Assembly (NCBI GenBank): GCA_030390025.1
Contig: JASTWF010000811.1
Location: 62,001-126,000 of the forward strand
DNA: 64,000 bases
Source: Squalus acanthias
Lineage: Eukaryota
Reading direction: 5' to 3'
The notes below the pieces were generated by a model, which ran no database searches, was not told the DNA's origin, and saw nothing but the letters and a program-made list of their open reading frames with translations. The position numbers were made by a program, and so were the translations under genes. Of the stretch, positions 12,307-24,862 are shown piece by piece. Position 1 is the first letter of the stretch; every line of letters begins with the position of its first letter.

Positions 12307-15300
12307 ATGGCATACCCTGTCGGAATTGGCCAAGTCTTTTTATTAGGAAATTCAAACGATTGCTTTATTAGGGGAAATAATCCTATCCATGTACCTCCAC
12401 AAGACCAAGTAATTATTTTTGATGGATCATCAATGACGATTAAAAAAGGGACATCCCAACAATCCTCAGCTGGGAGGGACTTTGAGATTCCTTTGAGATA
12501 GTAGTAGGGACTTTGAGATTCCTATTTTTATCCAGAAGAATTACTGTCCATACCCCTTGGCCATAAGTCAGCGCAATATGCTGAAGCCGCAGCACTATGG
12601 TATGCTTTAGAAAAGGCAGACCCTATTAAACCCACACTAATCTGTACGGATAGTGACTACTGTAAAAGAGGATATAACCAAGATCTAGTTTTCTGGGAAC
12701 AAACACATTTTTACCAATCATAAGGGTAAACTCATAAAACATAAGTCATTGTGGGAAGACATTCTTCGTTCGAGAATGGAGAAACAGAATTGTCAGGTGA
12801 TTCATGTAAACGGGCATACCACTGGGACAGTACACTCAAAAGGAAACAGTCTTGCAGACGAACAAGCGAAACGTTCGGTCTGCATGACACCCCCTCGAGA
12901 GGGGCCTGCCAATATTAGTGTTATCACTAGGGCAGAACTGGCAGCTAATCAGGATAAGGAACTGATTCAGCTATTAGACCCAACAAAAGAGAATCCACCA
13001 GGATATCCACCAAAGTACTTTTACTCGGAAACCCCTACGGGCATTCTGCTAGTTAAGTTGCCCAAGGGAAACCGAGAAGTACCCCCGAGACACAAACGAG
13101 AACAGCTTGTAAAAGAATCTCACGAGGGCATAGGTCAAGCACATTGTGGTGCCAGAACAACATTCTGCAAATTGACTCCTTTATATTGGTGGCCAGGCAT
13201 GCTTAAGGCCTGTAAAACATATGTGGCAAATTGTGAGCCATGCAATTTAACCAATAAGTCATCACTAATTAAGCCACCACCATTGGCTCCTGTGAAAGCT
13301 GATGAGCCAATGGGAAAATTCATTATTGACTTTATTGGACCACTTCCCCCATCTTTGGGATACAGACATGTTCTCGTTTGTGTAGATGGATGCACTTCCT
13401 TCTGCTGGCTGGTCCCCACAAAAACTGTTTCGGAAAACGCACTCGCCAATGCTATTACTGACATAATTACTGTAGTCGGTGCACCCAAAATCTTACACAC
13501 CGATCAAGGCGGAGCCTTTGTATCCAAGGTCTTCAAAGACTACTGCGAACAAAGGGGGATTGGGTTAGAGCACAGCACGCCACGTCATCTGCAATCAGCG
13601 GGGCTGGTGGAACATAAAAACTAGGAAGTAAAAAAGCTATTGGTCAAACTGTTGAGAATCAGGGGAAATAAGTGGACCACCGTCATTCCGGAGGTGCAGC
13701 TATCACTTAATAATGTGCCCGCATCTGCATCAGGGACAGTGTCCCCTAAAACTCCATATTATCTGATGTATGGGGTTGAGATGCATACACCGCTTATCCA
13801 TAGTTCTTTAATTGAACATAAGAACATAAGAACATAAGAAATAGGAGCAGGAGTAGGCCAATCAGCCCCTCGAGCCTGCTCCGCCATTCAATAAGATCAT
13901 GGCTGATCTGATCCTAACCTCATATCTAAAGAACACAAGAAGTAGGAGCAGGACCCGGCCACTCAGCCCCTGGGCCCGCTCCGCCACCCACAGGGCCTCG
14001 ACCGATCCAAACTCAGCCTCATGTCCAATTTCCTGCCCGCTCCCCATAACCCCTAATTCCCTTTACTTCTAGGAAACTGTCTATTTCTGTTTTAAATTTA
14101 TTTAATGATGTAGCTTCCACAGCTTCCTGGGGCAGCAAATTCCACAGACCTACTACCCTGTGAGTGAAGAAGTTTCTCCTCATCTCAGTTTTGAAAGAGC
14201 AGCCCCTTATTCTAAGATTATGCCCCCTAGTTCTAGTTTCACCCATCCTTGGGAAGATCCTTACCGCATCCACCCGATCAAGCCCCTTCACAATCTTATT
14301 TGTTTCAGTAAGATCGCCTCTCATTCTTCTGAACTCCAATGAGTAGAGTCCCAATCTACTCAACCTCTCCTCATATGTCCACCCCCTCATCCCCGGGATT
14401 AACCGAGTGAACCTTCTTTGTACTGCCTCGAGAGCAAGTATGTCTTTTCTTAAGTATGGACACCAAAACTGTATGCAGTATTCCAGGTGCGGTCTCACCA
14501 ATACCTTATATAACTGCCTGTTTTTATAATCTATCCCCCTAGCAATAAAAGCCAACATTCCGTTGGCCTTCTTGCATACTAACTTTTTGATTTTCTTGCA
14601 CTAGGACCCCCAGATCCCTTTGTACTGCAGTACTTTCCAGTTTCTCGCCATTAAGATAATAACTTGCTCTCTGATTTTTCCTGCCAAAGTGCATAACCTC
14701 ACATTTTCCAATATTGTATTGCATCTGCCAAATCTCCGCCCACTCACCCAGCCTGTCTATATCCCCTTGTAGGTTTTTTATGTCCTCCTCACTTTCTACT
14801 TTCCCTCCCATCTTTGTATCATCTGCAAACTTTGATATGTTACACTCGGTCCCCTCCTCCAAATCGTTAATATAGATTGTAAAGAGTTGGGGACCCAGCA
14901 CCGACCCCTGCGGAACACCACTGGCTACCGGTTGCCATTCCGAGAATGAACCATTTATCCCAACTCTCTGCTTCCTGTTAGATAACCAATCCTCCACCCA
15001 TTGCCTCTACACTCTCTGATTCCTTGACCCAACAGCGACAGTTAGATTTAAAAAAAGAAGTAACAGAGGAGATCATCAAATTGATCAGAGGATAAGGGAG
15101 GCAAATAGGCAGAAAAAGTTGACAAACAAAGCATGGCAACCCCTAGCAGGAGAATTGGTACAGGAAAAGAAGTTCGAGCAAAAACCTGGTTTAAGATCTA
15201 AGTGGAAAAAACCTGTTCAAATACATTCTGTTATTAACGAAAGAACAGTTAAAATACATATTAATCAGCCGAATGGCAAGCATATTCTTAAAACTGTCTC

Positions 15301-15337
15301 CATAGACAATCTCAAAAGATGTCCTGCGGGATACTGA
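12307..15337 (+). pseudogene. pol: Foamy-like pol remnant: RNase H plus integrase, disrupted by stops, frameshifts and a CR1 insertion
   Basis: RNase H: IIFDGSS, IPLGHKSAQYAEAAA, ICTDSDY, GNSLADEQAK. Integrase: GYPPKY extension, HHCC (H..AH..YWWPGM..CEPC), KFIIDFIGPLPPS, HTDQGGAF, VEHKN, and a C-terminal WQPLAGELVQE...TVSIDNLK, all resembling prototype foamy virus IN. Confidence 0.93.
13815..14999 (-). mobile_element. 5'-truncated CR1 LINE inserted into the proviral integrase
   Basis: RT motifs GVPQGSVLGP and FADDTK, (TTCTTATG)n tail, TSD ATTG (13811-13814 / 15000-15003). Removing it restores the integrase frame (SSLIASTLSDSLTQQRQL). Confidence 0.93.
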
Positions 15338-15940
15338 AATGGAGGAACAATACAAGGTGCAGTCGTACACTGTCTTCCAAGACCCAGCTTGGAGCACGAC
15401 ACAGGAAATGGAGGCGATCGAACTACTGACGATGGTCAGCCAGACAGTGTCGCCGACACCTCAGGAATTGGATTCACAAAAAGTCACAACCGAAACAAGT
15501 AAAGATCAATGAGTTACTTCAACGAAGGAGGAAAACACTGCGGATGGAGAAGGAATCAACTGAGCTCCTGGCAAAGCCTTCACGAAAACAAGAATCTGTC
15601 CACACGCTGGATCAATGGAACAGCGTGTCAAGCTTCAGCTAGTTCCAAATGATGTCTCCTTGACTCGTATGAATAACTCACCTCTACGGAAAGTACATCT
15701 GGCAATTGGACATTCTAAGTACATGTTGTTTCGCTAATTGCATGACAATGTACCTATCATCCTTTTAATTTGTGTTCCATTTAAAATAAGGCAAAACTTT
15801 GTCCTGGGAAATACTTAAAAGGAATTTTCATGTAGCACATGATTAGGCTCTTGTGAATCTCGTGAATTTAATATGATATTGTAACCTTATTAGTAAAATT
15901 GACCAAACACTGCCCTGATGTTTTGATCTCATTTTTTGGT

Positions 15941-15949
15941 AAAGAGGGG
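15941..15949 (+). promoter_or_regulatory. Polypurine tract
   Basis: AAAGAGGGG immediately upstream (plus TG) of the 3' LTR. Confidence 0.85.
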
Positions 15950-15951
15950 TG

Positions 15952-17077
15952 TGTGAAGGAATAGGCCATACAACCTATTCAGAAAAATACACCATTCTAT
16001 GAAAGAATTCTGGCCTTATTGAAACATGACAAACTGGGTTTGGAAATCTAGAAACCTAACTATGGAAAAGCTGTGATAGCATTCTGGCTATAGAGATAAG
16101 ATAGTTGTTGAAACTGAATCAATAACCTTATTGAAACAGAAGGGTAAAGGCTCCTGACAGACTGACATTTGGGAACAAGTCAATAGTTCACCCTGGTTAA
16201 GGTGTTCTAATTAACACTTCATAAAGAAGCACAAACATCTGCCTTCGTAAAAATGACATCAAGTAAAAAACACACCTGCTGTTACACCGTTTTTTATGAT
16301 AAACTTAGAACACCTAGAGATGAGACACAATTCTGTAATACTACCAGCTGAGGTGACTAAGAATTGTAGAAGTCAGCGATAAATGACTAGAGATAATTAG
16401 CTTACATCAGCAGAAAACCTTAAAGGAAATACCACTGGAAAAGGGTATAACTATTGAACTCTCAAATGGGATAGTAGACTCGCTGTAAAGGGGCAAAGCA
16501 ATTCTCAGCTTCAGAGGCAGGCTCTGTAAGTCTACAACTCTTTGTACCTCGGGGATCAAAGGTACTGTATTTGATTTTGATGGATATCCTGTAGAAAACT
16601 AAGAACTGTAAAACTGTAGTGAAGTTAAGATTTGAGAGTTGGGGATCTCTGATAATAAGATTGTAAAGTTTTCTCTTTTTGGAACTGTTAATGTTGCGAA
16701 TGACTCACCAACTGTAAATTACATGTCGGTTCTTTAATAAATCTATATATTTTTAGAATTATCTCACATAATACTTCTGTATCAAACTCGCAAACTCAAT
16801 CTCTGTACACTCTTTGGCGAGGAGTTGCAGAATTCTGGAGGAGTTTTCCAAACCCTCATAATATCCGGAAGGTTACAGTCTAGCTAAACTTATTAAAAGT
16901 GCTATCTGGAGGATGGTAACATTTTCAGGTTGTTCCTTTCCTTTAGGGAGAGATGGTCCAGACCTTCAGACCCAATTAGGCGTCTTTAGGATTCGGCTAC
17001 CTCAAACTTTAGTTGAAAGTGAACGTCTGAGGAATACGCCTGATCCGGGGTAGACCTAAAGGGTAAATATCCCTTCA
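15952..17077 (+). repeat. 3' LTR (1126 bp)
   Basis: Direct repeat of 10907-12043, followed by TSD AGAG. Confidence 0.95.
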
Positions 17078-17229
17078 AGAGGACTCACACTTGCTAAACT
17101 CACACCCTCTCCTCCTGCCTGATCTGAATTATTGACCAGCTTGCTTTTGCTCACAAGCTGGCAGGTTACTCTGTATTTAATGATGTACAATAACAGTATT
17201 GAACAGGAAAGGGGGAAATTGTTTGTGGG

Positions 17230-17825
17230 AGTTTATTTTTTTATTCGTTCATGGGATTTGGATGTCGCTGGCAAGGCCAGCAGTTATTGCCCATCCCTAA
17301 TTGCCCTTGAGAAGGTGGTGGTGAGCCACCTTCTTGAACTGCTGCAGTCCGTGTGGTGAAGGTACTCCCACAGTACTGTTAGGAAGGGAGTTCCAGGAAT
17401 TTGACCCAGCGACGATGAACGATCGGCAATATACTTTCAAGTCAGGATGGTGTGTGATTTGGAGCGGAACTTGGAGGTGGTGGTGTTCCCATGCGCCTGC
17501 TCCCTTGTCCTTCTAGGTGGAAGAGGTCGCGGGTTTGGGAGGTGCTGCCGAAGGAGCCTTGGCGAGTTGCTGCAGTGCATCTTGTGGATGGTACACACTG
17601 CAGCCACGGTATGCCGGTGGTGGAGGGAGTGAATGTTTAATGTGGTGGATGGGGTACCAATCAAGCGGGCTGCTTTGTCCTGGATGGTGTCGAGCTTCTT
17701 GAGTGTTGTTGAAGCTGCACTCATCCAGGCAAGTGGAGAGTATTCCATCACACTCCTTACTTGTGCCTTGTAGAAGGTGGAAAGGCTTTGGGGAGTCAGG
17801 AGGTGAGACACTCGCCACAGAAATC
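17230..17825 (-). mobile_element. LINE 3' fragment (CR1/L2 group; probably the family of 37892-40133)
   Basis: ORF 17437-17811 YKAQVRSVMEYSPLAW...IQDKAARLI is a LINE ORF2 C-terminus; A-rich tail. Confidence 0.8.
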
Positions 17826-18392
17826 CTAGCTACCTAGTTATACCTGGAATATTCTGGGCCGTGACCTCAGTGCACGCTGGGGAATTTTGCAGCGGTACAT
17901 GCTCAGACAGCCATTACCAGAATGTGGTTGGAAACTGTCCAACTGTTGTGGAGAAGCTCCAGCTCTGGAGACAAGCCAAGGCTTTCAAGTATAGACTTTA
18001 TTCAAGACATTCAAAGACAATTCAATTGATAAATTTAATCATGTTATTGTGAGAGGGTGTTCATTTTTGAATTTTCTATTAAGCTTATAATTTTATTTTT
18101 GATATTAGAAATTTCAGTTACTGGGGAAAAAATGGCAATTATTATTGGCCAGTCAACAGTGAACGAACGGAGCTCACCATTCATTACACTAACACTTGCC
18201 CCAGACTTTCTGTGGGCTTTTGCACTGTAACTTGTGATAATTAGAGGGACAGCATGTATTTACAACACCAAAGTTCTGATTGGTCCACTTGGATGACAAG
18301 ACCAGATTTCTGATTGGTCCCCTTGGAGGACAAGACACACCCAATAATTTGTCTGGAATGTGCCATAAGATCCTGCCTGTCTGAGCAATCAA

Positions 18393-19146
18393 GGGACCAG
18401 AAATTCGGTTTTCAGGCTTCCTGCGGGTGTAAGCATCGCACACGTACTTACCTACCGCGCCTGCCGTTGTGTTTTGGGCCCACGAGAACTTCGGGTCCTG
18501 GGCCTCCTCCAGCTGCCGGCGCGCAGTGCTTGCGTGTCCCAGGGGCGCAGTTAGTTCGAAGCGTCCCCTGGGATCACGTGGGCCATGGAGAGCCAATGGC
18601 AGCAGACCATCTTTCATTCATAGATTTGACAGGAAGACCTGTCAAATCTATGAATTGAAATCGGCCCCAAAACCACACTTAAACTTCAAATAATTTACAT
18701 TTTTAAAATAACTATAAGTTAAATAAATTAACTACTTTAAACAAAAATCTAAATTTTTGAAAAAATTAATTATACTCTTTAACGGTGCTAAAAAGAAACT
18801 TACCTTTCTTTAAAGTATCTAAAAAAGATAAACCTGTAGAAATTTTTTTTAAATTGTAATTAATTAACCACTTACCTTGTTAAAAACAGGTCTTGCGCCT
18901 CCTTTTTAAAAGCGCAGCTTCTTCAATACTTACCCTCCCGGAGAAACCTGAAAAAAACCCGAAGTTTGCTGCGTGCGCGCAGCCTCTCCCACGTACGCGG
19001 TTCACCTCTGAACCCCTCCCTTCACCAGACCGGAAGTTCCGGTTTCCCGCGCATGCGCAGTGCATGCAGGAAACCGGCACTTCAAGTGGCCTTACGGGTG
19101 AGTACACAGCGCGTACTCACCCGACAAGTGCCGAATTTCTGGGCCA
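18393..19146. mobile_element. Non-autonomous PIF/Harbinger-type MITE
   Basis: TIRs GGGACCAGAAATTCGG / CCGAATTTCTGGGCCA, AT-rich core, homologous to 36227-36972. Absent at the paralogous site near 30000. Confidence 0.75.
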
Positions 19147-19769
19147 TAGTCTTTGCAATGCGTAATTTGATCCATTCACTGTGACAGACAAGCTCCAGAC
19201 AGAGATCACAGTGCTAGCACTACTGCATTCAAAGAACAAACAACACTCACCCTCCCGTGTTAGGACCTTCTTCCACCGCACGCCCCCCCCAAACTGCCTG
19301 ACCTTCTTTCCCCCTGCCCCGAGTTCCAGACCTCCTCACCCCGCCCAAGTTCCTGACCTTCTCACCCCCGCCCAACTTCTTGACCTTCTTCCCTCCACCC
19401 CCCAGCCCCCCCCCCCCTCTTAAATAGGGCATTGTGTGTGGATCACGGATTGTTAACAGATTCATTGGGTATAAAGCGAATAGTGAAAGCGTCATGACCT
19501 ACGGATTTCGTCCAGTCCAATAATGTCACTTTCCACACACGTGCTGGGCTTACTGAGAAATCAAGCAGGTCTAGGGGAGGGAGAGAGAACGTGGTGCGGG
19601 TGTAAAGGGGGTGGGGTTGGAAGAAAGTGATCTACGTCGAACAGGAAGGGTAAATATGATCCGTCTACCCATCTGGATCACATTCTCGCGATCATTCCCC
19701 CCACCCCCCTTTAGACCTGGATCGTGTTTATCCCCAATCCCCACTGTATCTCCGTGATTTCCCCAACCG

Positions 19770-20730
19770 CCCCACTCCCAAGCTCCTGACCCTCCCTCTC
19801 TCCCTGAGTTCCTGACCTTCCCTCTCTCCCCGAGCTCCTGACCCTCCCTCTCTCCCCGAGTTCCTGACCCTCCCTCTCTCCCCGAGTTCCTGACCTTCCC
19901 TCTCTCCCCGAGCTCCTGACCGTCCCTCTCTCCCCGAGTTCCTGACCCTCCCTCTCTCCCCAAGTTCCTGACCCTCCCTCTCTCCACGAGCTCCTGACCC
20001 TCCCTCTCTCCCCGAGTTCCTGACCCTCCCTCTCTCCCCGAGCTCCTGACCTTCCCTCTCTCCCCGAGTTCCTGACCATCCCTCTCTCCCCGAGCTCCTG
20101 ACCTTCCATCTCTCCCCGAGTTCCTGACCCTCCCTCTCTCCCCGAGCTCCTGACCTTCCCTCTCTCCCCGAGTTCCTGACCTTCCCTCTCTCCCCGAGGT
20201 TCTGACCTTCCCTCTCTCCCCGAGTTCTGACCTTCCCTCTCTCCCCGAGTTCCTGACCCTTCCCTCTCTCCCCGAGTTCCTGACCTTCCCTCTCTCCCCG
20301 AGTTCCTGACCTTCCCTCTCTCCCCGAGTTCCTGACCTTCCCTCTCTCCCCGAGTTCCTGACCCTCCCTCTCTCCACGAGCTCCTGACCTTCCATCTCTC
20401 CCCGAGCTACTGACCCTCCCTCTCTCCACGAGCTCCTGACCTTCCCTCTCTCCTCGAGCTCCTGACCTTCCCTCTCTCCGCGAGTTCCTGACCGAATTCC
20501 CTCTCTCCCCGAGTTCCTGACCTTCCCTCTCTCCCCGAGCTCCTGACCCTCCCTCTCTCCCCGAGTTCCTGACCTTCGCTCTCCCCGTGTTCCTGACCCT
20601 CCCTCTCTCCCCGAGTTCCTGACCTTCCCTCTCTCCCCGAGTTCCTGACCTTCCCTCTCTCCCCGAGTTCTTGACCTTCCTTCTCTCCCTGAGTTCCTGA
20701 CCCTCCCTCTCTCCCCGAGTTCCTGACCTT
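19770..20730. repeat. Minisatellite, ~29-bp unit GAG(T/C)TCCTGACC(T/C)TCCCTCTCTCCCC
   Basis: Visible tandem array. Confidence 0.95.
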
Positions 20731-20751
20731 GTCCCCAAACATGTGTAGCAC

Positions 20752-21492
20752 AAACAGGCTAATGGCACAGTTTTAAAGAGTGTGCAGGGACAGAGGGACC
20801 TGGGAGCTAATGTGCATAGGTCCCTGAAGGTGGCGGGACATATTGAGAGAGTGGTTAGCAAAGCATATGGGCTTCATAAATAGAGGTATTGAGTACAAAA
20901 GCAGAGAAGTTATGCTGAACCTTTATAAAGCGCTGGTTAGGCCACAACTGGAGTAGTGGATACATTTCTGGTCACCACACTTTAGGAAAGATGTGAAGGC
21001 CCTTGAGAGGGTGCAGAGGAGATTTACCAGAATGGTTCCGGGAATGGGGGATCTTAGCTACAAGGTCAGGTTGGAGAAGCTGGATTTGTTTTCATTAGAG
21101 CAAAGGAGGTTGCGATGCGATTTGATAGAGGTGTACAAGATTATGATGGGTTTGGATAGGCTAGACGGGGAAAGGCTGTTGCCACTAGTTGATGGCACAA
21201 GGACTAGGGGACACAGATTTAAGGTTTTGGGCATGACATACAGGGGGGATGTGAGGAAAAACCTTTTTATGCAGCGGGTGGTGAGGACATGGAACTCGCT
21301 GCCGATGGAAGTGGTGGAAGCGGAGACACTCAATGTTTTCAAGGGGAGACGGGATAGGCACTTGAGGGAAATAAACTTGCAGGGCTACGGGGATAGAGCT
21401 GGGGAATGGGACTGACTGGATTGCTCTACAGAGAGCTGGCACGGACTCGATGAGCTGAATGGCCTCCTTCTGTGCCGTTATGACTCTATGAT
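20752..21492 (+). mobile_element. CR1 LINE 3' fragment
   Basis: ALERVQRRFTRMVPG...RLEKLDLFSLEQRRLR; tail tatgactctatga. Confidence 0.9.
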
Positions 21493-21654
21493 TAACAAAT
21501 AATGAGAGTGAAATGTTAACTTCAGTATTTTCCGAAACAAAATGTTGACATGGGCCTTGAATTTTCTCGTGATCTTCAGCAATTACACCATTATTAAGCT
21601 AAAAAGATCGAGGAAATTTGTGTTTTAACACATTTATGTACTGTGGAAAAAATA

Positions 21655-22212
21655 TCCTTGGCACCCTCCTATTTCTCGTCTATATGCTGCCCCTTGGCAA
21701 ACTCATCCAAAAGCAGGTCAGGTTCCACACGTACGCTTATGACACCCAGCTTTACCTCACCACCACCTCTCTCCACCCCTCCACTGTCTCTAAATTGTTC
21801 GACTGATTGTCCGACATCCAGTACTGGATGAGCAGAAATTTCCACCAACTAATTATTGGGAAGACCGAAGTCATTGTCTTCGGTCCGCACCACAAACTCT
21901 GTTCCCTAGCCACCGAATCCATCCCTCTCCCTGGCAACTGTCTGAGGCTGAACCAGACCATTTGCTAACCTTGGTGATGGATTTGACCCTGAGATGAGCT
22001 TCTGACCACATATCCGCTCCATCACCCAGACCACCTACTTCAACCTCCGTAACATCATCCGACTCTGCCCCTGCCTCAACTCATCCACTGCTGAAAACCC
22101 CCATCCATGCCTTTGTTACCTCCAGACTTTACTATTCCAATTCCTCGCCGGACTCCCATCTTCCACCCTACATATACTTGAGCTCATCCAAAACTCTGCT
22201 GCCTGTATTCTA
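21655..22212 (+). mobile_element. L2 LINE, left part (continues at 29278)
   Basis: GTLLFLVYMLPLG...YAYDTQLY RT motif; breaks at aactctgctgcctgtattcta. Confidence 0.85.
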
Positions 22213-22689
22213 GAATGGGCTAGAAATTTGTTATAGCCAAGGAATGGCGATGTTAGGACAAACGATGTTGAATTAGTGCCAGGGGAAAATGCTCTACACT
22301 GCACGCAAAATTCGTCCTCACTGCTCAATAAATTACTTAGGGGGAGAAATTCATTTGGAGCGCAATTATCGGCCGGGCGCAAAGATTGGCGCCTGGTGCT
22401 AATTATCGCCTCTGATTGCAAACTTGACTTCTATCGCCCCTGGAGGTGATTGGAGCGCTAAATCAGGCGCTACACACCTGTCTTAAGGCGCAAAGGCCGA
22501 GGAGCAAGGCGCTAACTCAGAGCGCGGGCGCAGCGCAGGTGCTGTCAGTTAGCGATGGAACACAGACACACTGGCGCCCGACAGTTCTTAAAGGGGAGGG
22601 TCGATCTTGCACTCCAGCCACACCCTGCTCATTGGAGCCTTGAATCTCGGCCTGGAGAGACCTGTGCCTAAATCGTCCAGCCAAGGACT

Positions 22690-24563
22690 ATGGAGAGGGT
22701 GAGAGAACGAGCTCAGTGCTTCAGCGAGCGGGCCTTGGATGCTCTGGTTGGCACGGTGGAGCGCAGAAAATCTATACTCTTCCCTGAGAGTGGCAGGAGG
22801 CCTTTGCCGCGCGAGTACAGAAGAGTGTGGAGGGAGGTGGCTCAGAGCGTCTCCTTCAGGAGCATGGTGCCCAGGACCCATATACAATGTCGAAAAAAGT
22901 TCAACGACATCAGTCGGATCGTCAGGATGAGTGGCTTTTTTTCAATACCTCTCCATCCCTCCATCTCAACCTCACTCTATGGCCAGAGGGTCTTAAAACC
23001 CCAATGCCCAACACTCATCCAACACCTATGGCCCTCTTATGAAACACACACGCACATTCCACACTTTGCATACAGTAAGGGCTATTCACCTATGGGAGGC
23101 ACATCAGCCAAGACCATGGCTGCATACAGTAAGGGCTATTCACCTATGGGAGGCACATCAGGCAAGACCATGGCTGCATAAAGTAAGGGCTATTCACCTA
23201 TGGGAGGCACATCAGGCAAGACCATGGCTGTATATTTACTCAGACGCCGTCCTTTTTCTTGCAGGCCAAGCTATCTCATAATAGGAGACAGCAGCAACGG
23301 ACGGGTGGAGGGCGGCCTCAGCTGCAACCCCTCAGCGATCTTGAGGCGCGCGTCCACAGGATTGTGGCAAGCCGGGTGATCGGTCCCGTCGCCACTGGAG
23401 ACGTCGACCCCGTTCTGTACAGCAATGGTAAGGTCATCACCTTTTTGTCCTCTGTCCTTCCACTTGTCCCTCACAACACCAGCCTTTGACACTTTCAATC
23501 CAACTTACTAAATCGCTGCACTCATTCCTCCCTTACTGCCCCCCTGTCCTCATGCTAAAACCACTCTTGTACCTCCCTGCTTTCAGATGGTGATTCACCA
23601 GCTGAGGAGACGAGCCCTCAAGCTGCCAGTGGGAGTGAAGCTGCAGGCGAGGAGGAAGATGAAGGCGGAGCATCAGTGCCACCCTCTCCCGAGGAAGCCC
23701 ATGCCCACACTGGGAACACGCCTTCCCTGGAGGGGAGTAGGGGGGAAGGGTCTGATAAGGGTGAAGCTCCAGGACCCAGCGGGCTGCAGCAACGCCATGG
23801 GGGTAGGGAAGAACGGGGGCCTTCTCCCCGGAGGGAGAGTATGCCAGCGAGTCCTGCTGCACTGGACACAGAGGAGGAGCAGCTCATCGCTGAAATGAAC
23901 ACCCAGGCGGTGGACATGCACACTGAGCTCATGGGTGCAGTGGGAAGGGTGCCCGAATGCATTGAATCACTGGCAAGGAGTGTGGAGCGCTTTGCTGGAG
24001 CACAGGCGGATGCCACGCAAATGTTTAGCGCTGCTATTCAGTCACTGGCTGCCATGAACCCATCTCTGACTGCTCTCCTGCAGACTCAGATTGAGGCCAC
24101 GCGAGCACTGACTGCTGCCATCCTCGATGGTTCGTGCACATGTCCCCGGGGCTGTCACCGCGCCGCAGCAGGCCAGCAATCTGTGCTCCAGCAGATTGCT
24201 CCGGATGCTGAAGTGCTGCCCCGTGGGAGTGCCAGTGTGTCGGTCGAGCAGGGAGTTGCTGTCCTCTCTCAAGATGACAGCATTCCTGCTGCCACCACTG
24301 TCACTTCCCCATTGCACTTGCCACCGCCTGTAGCCCAGACTGCTGCCGCCCATGCAGAGTTGGTGCAGTCTGCAGCCGGGCCCTCCAGGCCCAGAGCTGG
24401 TCGAGGCCGTCCTTCAAGGGCATCTGCAGTCTCAGGTTCTGACAATCAGCAGCCTTCCAGCAGCCTTGCTGCAGCCACTGAGGTCCCATTACGGAGGAGC
24501 AGTAGGGTGGGAAGGGGGGAAGTGCGCAAGGGAAGGAGATCACCCTCGAAGAGCAAAAAGTAG
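22690..24563 (+). CDS. Harbinger Myb/SANT-like DNA-binding protein, 3 exons (22690-22926, 23265-23427, 23587-24563; about 458 aa)
   Basis: RAQCFSERALDALV...WREVA...RTHIQCRKKFND | AKLSHNRRQQQRTGGG | acidic/coiled-coil part. Exon phases 0 and 1 fit. The intron-1 donor reads ATGAGT rather than GTGAGT. Confidence 0.8.
23068..23230. repeat. 54-bp tandem repeat x3 in intron 1 of the Myb gene
   Basis: gcatacagtaagggctattcacctatgggaggcacatcag(c/g)caagaccatggct at 23068, 23122, 23176. Confidence 0.9.
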
Positions 24564-24862
24564 GAGGTGTGACAAAATGTTGGTCATTTTTTTATTAAAG
24601 GCCGAGGTTCGTGGTCAAACTTTTGAACATTATCTCCAGGTTATGAGAACCAGTTATGTTAATGACTGTTTTTTTGTGATTCTTTCTATTAGTTTGTCAT
24701 GAGGAAATGACACACACAGAGTTTGTAAAATAAATACGGTTTTGTATTCAAAATGTACATATTTGGTCTTTGGAATCATTGCTGCCTTGGCCGGCTTAGG
24801 GGTTGCGGGTTGGTTTCATTCATGTTGTTCTCAATGGCAGAAGCCATTTCCTCAGCAGGGGC

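Larger units (their letters stand above)
10907..17077 (+). mobile_element. Endogenous foamy (spuma)-like retrovirus, internally deleted provirus
   Basis: Two ~1.13-kb direct repeats TGTGAAGG...CCCTTCA, 4-bp TSD AGAG (10903-10906 / 17078-17081), PBS, PPT, and foamy-type RNase H and integrase. Confidence 0.95.

Noticed and set aside
15339-15940. Intact env or tas/bet accessory gene
   Set aside because: Only short frames with stops; no recognisable furin site, fusion peptide or TM. At most an env-leader remnant.
19490-19540. Hammerhead-like GGACGAAA on the minus strand of the duplicated core
   Set aside because: No CUGAnGA box or matching stem II upstream in either copy
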